Of a stretch of DNA of 64,000 bases, positions 54,250-64,000 are shown piece after piece (positions within the stretch are counted from its first letter, which is position 1; each line of letters begins with the position of its first letter). Source of the DNA: Octopus vulgaris (Eukaryota); the NCBI GenBank assembly GCA_951406725.2, contig OX597817.1, positions 6,138,001 to 6,202,000 of the forward strand. Direction: 5' to 3'. Position numbers and translations under genes: made by a program. The notes beneath the pieces are model-generated. The model worked only from the letters and a program-made list of their open reading frames with translations, did no database searches and had not been told where the DNA came from.

Positions 54250-54644
54250 GGCGCAGGAGTGGCTGTGTGGTAAGTAGCTTGTTTACCAACCACATGGTTC
54301 CGGGTTCAGTCCCACTGCGTGGCAGCTTGGGCAAGTGTCTTATACTATAGCCTCGGGCCGACCAAAGCCTTGTGAGTGGATTTGGTAGACGGAAACTGAA
54401 ACAGGCCCGTCGTATAAATATATATATATATATATATGCGTGTGTGTGTTTGTCCCCCTAGCATTGCTTGACAACCGATGCTGGTGTGTTTACGTCCCTG
54501 TAACTTAGCGGTTCGGCAAAAGAGACTGATAGAATAAGTACTAGGCTTACAAAGAATAAGTCCTGGGGTTGATTTACTCGACTAAAGGCGGTGCTCCAGC
54601 ATGGCCACGGTCAAATGACTGAAACTAGTAAAAGAGTAAAAGAG
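54250..54644 (+). mobile_element. SINE family A, full copy
   Basis: Colinear with the other family A copies. Confidence 0.87.
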
Positions 54645-55823
54645 ATATCTATTTATTTTTTGTATTCTAGACTTACTTTTCTTTTATTATAGAGAAGGGA
54701 AAAGGTTTTACAGTTTAATAGTGGCTATTAGTGACTATTAGTGACTATATGATTCTGTTAGATGATTCGAGCAGTCAACGTCTGAAGTCTTTTCATAGGC
54801 CACAAAGTAGCGATATTCTGACAGATAGTGAAGATGCATACGTGGTTTAAATTTCCATTTGAGCTGTTACATTTGATTTTGCTTTGGTATCTTTTTACCT
54901 GAATTAGATGGATGGTGTCTTGAAAATATTATTTTCATATCATATCGAATGCAGAAAGAGTGTAACCAAGTATTCGCAATTTTCCGTTGTAACTAAGTTT
55001 CATTTTCATAAATTTATAAGAAATGTTCATCTTTCAATATTTACTTTGTATTTTCGTTTCATTTGCAATTTTTCCAACATATTTTTGTTAATCTATTCCT
55101 CTATTGCATCTCCTCTTATATATTAATTCTTATTGCGTTGTCTTTCGATCTTTCGTTAATTTCGTACAATCTTATGACTGAAATTGCTAATGTAAGCTAA
55201 TACTAAACACACACACGCACAAACACATACAGGCATACACACACACACACATGCACATATATGCAAACATACACTTAATAACTCTTTCTTTCTCACACTT
55301 GAACACACACTCTTGCACACATGCATATACACATACATATATATGTATGCGCACGCACACACACAGGCACACATACATGCACACACTTAGCGTCAAATAT
55401 TGTGTAGATTAATCGGGCGATTAACGTTTTTTAACATTTTAGTTACATAGCATATGATTGTGATATAACAGAAAAAAGTGCGACTTATCTTCACATATCT
55501 GTCAACATATGATAAATAGTTTTCCATATTTAACTATATTCACAGAGAATCAAGTTCAAATACGATTGTGTGTAGGTTTAATGGTGTTCAATGTTTGTAG
55601 TGGAAAATGAATGGTAAGGTAAAGATATACACCGTAGCTCCAACCTAAGGCTAAGCATTAGGTAATACATCCCGAGTCAGGACTTTAACTAAAGAAAGTA
55701 TATATTTTTCATCGGGGAATAACTGGTAATCAGGAAGTCGTCTAGCACACCACAAGCAAACTGATTAGACTATATGTGACTTAAGAACAGTATAAAAAAG
55801 ACTAAAAAAAAACAAAGATCTTA

Positions 55824-56606
55824 CGAGGTGGTATGAAATGGTTCCTGGACTGCTTAAAAAAACTAACTTATTTACTAAAGTTTTAACCTTTCCTTCCAAA
55901 TAGGAAACTTTCGCAGCAATACACGGGTCCCAGCGTTCCTGCCACCTTCGAAATCCAGCCTGGAAGTTGTTTTCTGTAAGTGAGTAGAGGACCTTCTGCG
56001 ATTCGCTCTGGATATCGAGACCGACATTAAAACGGCGACCTTTGAGCTGCACTTCCATTTTAGGGAAGAGATGGAAGTCTGCAGGTGCTAAATCTAGCGA
56101 ATGGGGTGAGTGCAGAAGCGATATCAAGTTGTTTTGACGAAAACTCCCCCTAGAACTCTCGATTGACTGTCTGGCCTCTGGGGACGAATTTTCAATGCAC
56201 AGCATCGTGGATGTCGAAAAAACGATCAGCATGCTTTTGATTGAGCTGCGGCTCTGTCGTACCTTTTGAAGCGGCCGTACCACACGAAACATTGCTTAAA
56301 ACCGACTGCCTCATTGCTGTAAGCTTCCCAATATATACTCAGTGTCTCTGTACCAGACTTCCCATGTTTAACAGAAAATTTCACATAAGCCCTTTGTCCT
56401 AAGTTCCAGTCTAGAATAAAAATCGCAAACTACTGCATATACGTAGTCACACAGATAAACTTTTCACAACTTCAAAAGTAAACACGGCGATGTCACTCGG
56501 CACACTGCCTCACTGATAGTTCTCACTGCGCAAGCAACTGTGTGTTGCGATGCCTTTTTGTTAGCGCGTTACAGAACTAGTCACGGAACGTTTTGATACC
56601 ACCTCA
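55824..56606 (-). mobile_element. Internally deleted mariner element with TIRs
   Basis: TIRs cgaggtggtatgaaa / tttgataccacctca, with TA at the left end. The ORF reads HSPHSLDLAPADFHLFPKM...LKGRRF and WQERW..CI. Confidence 0.85.
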
Positions 56607-56924
56607 TCAATTCTATAATGATGCATTTAGTCTGATGATCTATAAATTAATAGAAACCAACACATAAATAATTAATAGAAGTTAAAAATAAATGGTCATC
56701 ATGATGAATTCAGTAGAACTAAGTATGTTATTAGGAGCATTTGATAAACGATGCAAAAAAATTACATATGCATACACATATATATATATATACACACCCC
56801 CACACACATACACAGACACTCACCCGTGCACACACATATGCACACGCACACACATATACACACGCACACACATATACACACGCACATGTAGAACATGACA
56901 GGGATTTATGTTATTATGATAACG

Positions 56925-57226
56925 TGAATTCCGGTCTGTGTTCTAATACATCCATATTTTGCGGCTAATATACTACAGTAGAAGTTTCATTTTATATGGA
57001 TAGTTTTCTTTTCCAAGATAAAACATCCACATATAAACGACAACCGGGATTCTCAGGAATGCTTTATGTTGTCAAAACTCGGATTTTATATTCTCTCTCC
57101 ATGTATGTATGTATATATACATATATACATACGAAAAGAGAGAGAGAGAGAGAGAGAAAGAAAGAAAGAAGCAAACAAAGAGAGAGAGAGAAAGAAAGAA
57201 AGAAACAAACAAACAAAGAGAGAGAG

Positions 57227-57258
<32 letters not shown>

Positions 57259-57435
57259 TGAGAGGGAATATAAAATCCGCGCTGTGACAACATAAAACAT
57301 TCCTGAGAATTTCAGCTCTCTTTTACATGTAGGTGGTTTATTTTGAAAAAGAAAACTATCTATACAAAATGAAATTACCAGTGAAGTATACTAGTCGCAG
57401 AATATAGATATATCAAAAGACAGACTGGAACTTTG
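56925..57435. repeat. Diverged inverted repeat (about 175-bp arms) enclosing GA/GAAA microsatellites
   Basis: attctcaggaatg.tttatgttgtca...cggattttatatt versus aatataaaatccg...tgacaacataaa.cattcctgagaat. Confidence 0.8.
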
Positions 57436-57577
57436 ACAATGTAACCTTCATTTGACAAAGGTATGTTTTTCCCTGATGAGCTGAGTACCGCTCCTTGAGT
57501 AATTACTTCTTCTGAGTGTCTGCTTGCTAGGAAATATATGTAACCTCGAATTTACCAAGTCCATTCCATGAATTTGG

Positions 57578-57590
57578 GTATGTATGTATG

Positions 57591-57624
<34 letters not shown>

Positions 57625-57654
57625 TGTATGTATGTATGTATGTATGTATGTATG

Positions 57655-57685
<31 letters not shown>

Positions 57686-57693
57686 GTATGTAT

Positions 57694-57785
<92 letters not shown>
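57578..57785. repeat. (TATG)n-(CA)n-(TA)n compound microsatellite
   Basis: Seen directly. Confidence 0.95.
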
Positions 57786-57788
<3 letters not shown>

Positions 57789-58749
57789 GCCATTGTTCAG
57801 CTTTATTTCAAGATTTTTTGCCAATAGAGAAAGAATCGATTTCTAACCTAGATCCAAGGCTCCTTCATTAGAATTTCAACATCAATAAGGAGGTATATTT
57901 GTATGTATGTACGTATTGAGCGGAAGGATGGAGCATCTCTCTTAGGCTGGACGATACTGTTGCTACTAAAGGCAGATTTCCTACACTGCATACAAAAGAA
58001 GGTTATTGAACTTATTTCTAAGAATTCCCTCTCAACCACACTGTATTCTCAAACAAATATACGAGCTACTTTGACTCATTATTCCATCACTGCACTAATA
58101 GTCTTGCACCTCTGATGTAACTAGCCGCATATCTACGCCCGTTAGGCTTCCTCGGTTTACCTTTTATCTCTCCTCTTAATCTCCTCTCACCTCTCCTACT
58201 CCCATAACCAGGAATATATTTCGCCTGCGTTGTCCGTAACAAATAACATTCTCAGCACGTTTCCTGACCTAAAAGATATTCTGCTATAATTCTATTCCTG
58301 CCGAAGCTGTCCGAGCAGACACAGCCATCTCAATATCAAACGCCGCGATACCACAAGTCCAGACGCATGCAGATACTGTAGAGATCACTTCTTGCACTCT
58401 AAGTATGTAAGCAAATGATGTAGAACTATTGGTTTCAAAGAAAGTTACAAAATACAGACCCCTTTTGAACGCATCCACAACAAATAACATATCCACCGCG
58501 ACCTTAGAATAAACACACACGCAAATATTAAAAATGATACATTCAAAAGAGATACTTAAGAATTCATTAAAAATATTCTTAATCACTGCTATAATCCACA
58601 ACGAGTCCCTTTTAGGCACTACTGTGATTATGACGTATATTCTTGATGATAAATCTCCCTCTATACTAGTGATGCATTATAAAATTGGACTGAAATTCAT
58701 GCTCATGACACTAACTTTCAATTGACACAATATTGAAGGTCGGCAATAG

Positions 58750-59040
58750 TTGTATTTTGTCTTGGTTGCTATATGCTTGTAAGGAGAATATTGCAAACTG
58801 CCGGAGTCATTTCACTAACAATGTCTTCCCCGTATTCTGGATATTCGATGGCAAAAGCGTGTAATGTTGCTGTCCTTGAACGCTATCAGTCTAAAAGTAC
58901 AGAGTAATTCAGTTTCGAGCAGAACGGAGTGCTTATATGGCTAAGATCGAAAATGATCGAATTCCTACGCAATTTGTATACGATAGGTTAGCTAAGATTA
59001 AAACACCAGTGCCCAAGCCAGAATGAAGATATACTGTCTG
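58750..59040 (+). mobile_element. RTE-clade LINE 3' relic
   Basis: Translates to CLPRILDIRWQ...N..VLERYQS and MAKIENDRIPTQFVYDRL (cf. RM.D.RIPKQL.YGEL). Confidence 0.55.
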
Positions 59041-59076
59041 CATCAATTTTATATGGTTAAATGTCAAATATATATA

Positions 59077-59338
59077 CAGTTCCGGCCAAAATGTTCAGAA
59101 CGGCATTGTTTTCGTCAGAAAAATAAGTATAAGTTTTTAGCAAAGTAGTTGTATATTCTATAATTTTCACAGACAGTAAATACAATATTGTTTGTTATTG
59201 TCTGAGAATTTGGTGTAATTTGAGAGGATAATACAAAAGTTATGGATGATTTAGTGATTTACTGCAAAACCCATGGCGGCCAAAATATCTACTTTTCTAA
59301 CGAAAACAATGCTGTTCTGAACATTTTGGCCGCCACTG
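59077..59338. mobile_element. Tc1/mariner-type MITE, 262 bp
   Basis: About 46-bp TIRs, cagt..cggccaaaatgttcagaac / gttctgaacattttggccg..actg, with TA on both flanks. Confidence 0.88.
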
Positions 59339-59997
59339 TATATATGCTAAAATCTCACTCTAGATGGTTCCACAGGGAGGAAATCCGTGTATTATGGGAA
59401 GTGAGAGGTTTTAAGTGTGTGTTTGTGTGTGTGAGTGTGTGTGTGCGTGTGTGTATATGTGTTCTAATAACCTTATATAAAATATATTACAGTTTTAATT
59501 GGCTGCATACTTACTTGCATGCTTTTTTTAATGTGTACATATGTATCTGAGGGTTTGCATATCCGTCTGCGCATGCGTTTCTAATATTTGCACTGAGGAT
59601 CCATTGCCTCATACAGGAATATGTTGCAGCAGATATGGTTAATATCGATGTTGTTATTGCTATTTTTTTATAGACATCAAGGTTAAGTCGTGAATCAATG
59701 CTTCTTTAAAGGCGAGAGGATTAGTAGTATTGTCTGATCCATAGTAATCCGATTTACGGAAAATCTCCCCGAGTTGCATTACTTTATAAGTGTCAAAATT
59801 TTGAATGATTGCAATGTTGGGTACATATATGGAAATAACAGCAAATGCACCTACCCCTACACAAACTCACACAGACTCATCCTCTCACTGAAACACACAC
59901 GCACATACACATACACACACACATATACATATACACCTATACATATACATATATATGTGTGTGTAATACATATATATATGCATGTATATATATATAT

Positions 59998-60070
<73 letters not shown>

Positions 60071-60564
60071 CGTGTGTGTATCTGTGTGTGTGTAAATAAA
60101 TATTATGTAAGAAAATGGGGAGTTTAAATGGATACAAATTAATTTATTTAAATATTGTTAATTAAGCCTACAATTCTTTCAGTTTACACTCAATAATATT
60201 ACGAACCTGTAGAATAATATAAGCTTGCATTTTGAAGATTTAGAGTGAAATATCATCAACGCCAATGAACATTAAAGAAACTACATAATGATCAACTGAG
60301 ATCCAACAGAGTATATGGTACTCTTTTGCGTTTTTCCCTCGCAATGGTAGGTTGTCTGTTTCCTCGCTCCTCGATTTTGTCAGATTGTTAAATTTTCAGT
60401 GATGTTGTGGCTTATATGAGCATTTTTCCACTCTTTCCTCTAGCAACATTGGTACTATCTTGGACCCTTAATTATTAATTTATAACTTTACCTTGTTGGG
60501 TGTTACGCTTGCTAGACACTTATTATTATTATTTTTAATAAAAGTATCTTTATTTATGTATATC

Positions 60565-61527
60565 AATTGTATTTCTGTATTTACTTTAATGTTTGTATAT
60601 TGTAATTATACCCATTTATTTGTGGTATTCACTGGTACATCTCACTGATGTACCAGTGAGAATTGAGTGTTTTACATCCGTTTGAAGGAATTGTGTTTTC
60701 CTTCGTTTGATTTATAATATATCAATATATCACTTGAATAATATTATACGTTTTTTTCTTTTGCTGGTAGCAATAGAAAAATCACCAAGTGATTTATCTT
60801 TAAAGGGCATTCTTATTCCACCTAGGAAGAATTTCATGACGGACCTGATTAAGAAGATCTTTACATTCATCAATAGAGTCTGTTGAATGGCTTTTTACCA
60901 TGATTAGCATTTTGATATTTAAATGAACCATCATAATAAAGATGCAAAATTTTTGAAAAGGAACTTTAAGACTAAGAATTTCCACCTCCTAACAGTCATC
61001 TGGAAGCTCTTGAATACGATTTATGGAACATTGTCAAGAATCCTAAAATTTGTTAAATATCCCCCTAGGGGAAATGAACAAATTCTCTTTACATAATTTA
61101 CATAATTTGAATTTTGCTGTTCTGGGTTTTGTATTTATGTATTTCAATTATTAACGCTCACGCTTCTAAACATAGTTATTTTTGGATCAGTCTATTTGGA
61201 ACTTTTGGCTGTTTTCTTCTTTTAACTAAATCCCCGAGGAGACTTATATATGTAGATGTGGCTTTTTAATAAATTCACCATTATATATGAGTCGAAACAA
61301 ATTGTTGGCTTTATATTGTTTTTATAATTTGTTGTTATATTATATTATATCTTTTTATAGTTTATTATTTTATAATGTAAATTTGTAGCATGTTAATTGT
61401 ATTTCTCTAATTACTTTAATATTTGTATATTGCAATTATACCCTTTTATTTAGTCTATTCAACTGATGTACCAGTGAGAATTGGATGTTTTACGTCCATT
61501 TGTAGGAATTGTTTCTTCCATCGATTG

Positions 61528-61532
<5 letters not shown>
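60565..61532. repeat. Pair of diverged direct repeats (60565-60716 and 61396-61532) about 830 bp apart
   Basis: Shared aattgtatttct...tttgtatattg.aattataccc...ctgatgtaccagtgagaattg. Confidence 0.75.
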
Positions 61533-61604
<72 letters not shown>

Positions 61605-61722
61605 AATCAAGGAACGGCCATAATAGGCCATTCGCCCACTAGAAATAACAGCCAAAAGCTTCAACCGCAAAATAACATCAATTCCGTAAACCAGGAGAGA
61701 ATTAAAAAACATTTACCCTGTA

Positions 61723-61829
61723 ATTTCTTATACGATGCACCGTTTCATCTACTGTTTAATGGTAAATTAACCTGATTAAATTAAATCAAGCCAATCTACC
61801 ATAGGCCCTTAGATTCATCAGTAAGAAAT
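61723..61829 (-). ncRNA. Type I hammerhead ribozyme with extended stem II (copy 1)
   Basis: atttctta CTGATGA atcta [hairpin insert] tagat GAAA cggtgcatcg TA taagaaat on the minus strand. Confidence 0.85.
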
Positions 61830-62213
61830 AGCCAAATCGGAACAGATAATTTTCACGAGGCAATCCCGTTCCTGCCTCGTCAATATCTGACCTAAAATTT
61901 TCAAATCGTCGCACTCGCGCCAAATTTATCGGCAGCAAATAAATATAAGCCGCCGATTCCATTACGGAATTAACCAGAAAATTCATAATTAATCAATATA
62001 GGGTGGCAAAAAAATTTTGTAGAATTCTTTTGCCACCAGCGGCCTAGTGGGAAAAAATTTAAATAGTCATAAACCATTTTTAAGTTCAACATCACAATCA
62101 AGGAACGGCCATAATAGGTCATTCGCCCACTAGAAATAACAGCCAAAAGCTTCAACCGCAAAATAACATCAATTCCGTAAACCAGGAGAGAATTAAAAAA
62201 CATTTACCCTGTA

Positions 62214-62320
62214 ATTTCTTATACGATGCACCGTTTCATCTACTGTTTAATGGTAAACTAACCTGATTAAATTAAATCAAGCCAATCTACCATAGGCTCT
62301 TAGATTCATCAGTAAGAAAT
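62214..62320 (-). ncRNA. Type I hammerhead ribozyme with extended stem II (copy 2)
   Basis: Same motif 491 bp downstream. Confidence 0.85.
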
Positions 62321-63098
62321 AGCCAAGTCGGAACAGATAATTTTCACGAGGCAATCCCGTTCCTGCCTCGTCAATATCTGACCTAAAATTTTCAAATCGT
62401 CGCACTCGCGCCAAATTTATCGGCAGCAAATAAATATAAGCCGCCGATTCCATTACGGAATTAACCAGAAAATTCATAATTAATCAATATAGGGTGGCAA
62501 AAAAATTTTGTAGAATTCTTTTGCCACCAGCGGCCTAGTGGGAAAAAATTTAAATAGTCATAAACCATTTTTAAGTTCAACATCACAATCAAGGAACGGC
62601 CATAATAGGCCATTCGCCCACTAGAAATAACAGCCAAAAGCTTCAACCGCAAAATAACATCAATTCCGTAAACCAGGAGAGAATTAAAAAACATTTACCC
62701 TGTAATTTCTTATACGATGCACCGTTTCATCTACTGTTTAATGGTAAACTAACCTGATTAAATTAAATCAAGCCAATCTACCATAGGCCCTTAGATAATA
62801 GGCGAATGGCCTATTATGGCCGTTCCTTGATTGTGATGTTGAACTTAAAAATGGTTTATGACTATTTAAATTTTTTCCCACTAGGCCGCTGGTGGCAAAA
62901 GAATTCTACAAAATTTTTTTGCCACCCTATATTGATTAATTATGAATTTTCTGGTTAATTCCGTAATGGAATCGGCGGCTTATATTTATTTGCTGCCGAT
63001 AAATTTGGCGCGAGTGCGACGATTTGAAAATTTTAGGTCAGATATTGACGAGGCAGGAACGGGATTGCCTCGTGAAAAATATCTGTTCCGACTTGGCT

Positions 63099-63205
63099 AT
63101 TTCTTACTGATGAATCTAAGGGCCTATGGTAGATTGGCTTGATTTAATTTAATCAGGTTAATTTACCATTAAACAGTAGATGAAACGGTGCATCGTATAA
63201 GAAAT
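63099..63205 (+). ncRNA. Type I hammerhead ribozyme with extended stem II (inverted copy)
   Basis: Stem I 63099-63106/63198-63205, CTGATGA 63107-63113, stem II atcta/tagat, GAAA 63182-63185. Predicted cleavage after GUA at 63197. Confidence 0.85.
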
Positions 63206-63426
63206 TACAGGGTAAATGTTTTTTAATTCTCTCCTGGTTTACGGAATTGATGTTATTTTGCGGTTGAAGCTTTTGGCTGTTATTTCTAGTGGGCGAATGG
63301 CCTATTATGGCCGTTCCTTGATTGTGATGTTGAACTTAAAAATGGTTTATGACTATTTAAATTTTTTCCCACTAGGCCGCTGGTGGCAAAAGAATTCTAC
63401 AAAATTTTTTTGCCACCCTATATTGA

Positions 63427-63965
<539 letters not shown>

Positions 63966-63968
63966 ATA

Positions 63969-64000
<32 letters not shown>

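Noticed and set aside
58284-58619. 111-aa ORF as a possible host exon
   Set aside because: No recognisable domain, and it lies among TE relics.
62801-62830. GGCGAATGG motif suggestive of an HDV-like ribozyme
   Set aside because: I could not build the nested double pseudoknot. The sequence forms a simple hairpin (gaatggcc/ggccgttc).
61786-63142. Repeated 66-aa (MNFLVNSV...) and 77-aa (MFFNSLL...) ORFs in the 491-bp unit
   Set aside because: They recur only because the DNA is repeated and show no recognisable domain. 491 is not a multiple of 3 and stops are present, so there is no endless circular ORF. Ribosome profiling would be needed.

Overview
Eukaryotic, AT-rich DNA made mostly of repeats, with no host protein-coding gene I can support. 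It is most likely an intron or intergenic region of an octopus genome, inferred from the SINE types and microsatellite density. Contents: dense microsatellites, which explain most short ORFs in the track; at least five tRNA-headed SINE families; a full-length Tx1/L1-group LINE (40880-46197, -) with a 14-bp TSD; a young 5'-truncated CR1 LINE (13024-15452, +); relics of CR1/L2-group, RTE, R4/Dong (RLE), Penelope-like (including Naiad-type), mariner and hAT elements; and MITE/foldback elements. The most notable signal is a recurring set of hammerhead-ribozyme (HHR) motifs read directly from the sequence: (1) a highly structured 491-bp unit in a tandem-plus-inverted array inside (TA)n, each complete unit carrying a type I HHR with a long extended stem II (retrozyme-like); (2) an intact-looking minimal HHR just downstream of the Tx1 LINE 3' end; (3) a tRNA-headed SINE-like element ending in an HHR; and (4) palindromic elements whose arms each hold an HHR-shaped motif with a variant core. 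Ribozyme activity and all family assignments are manual pattern calls and remain untested.
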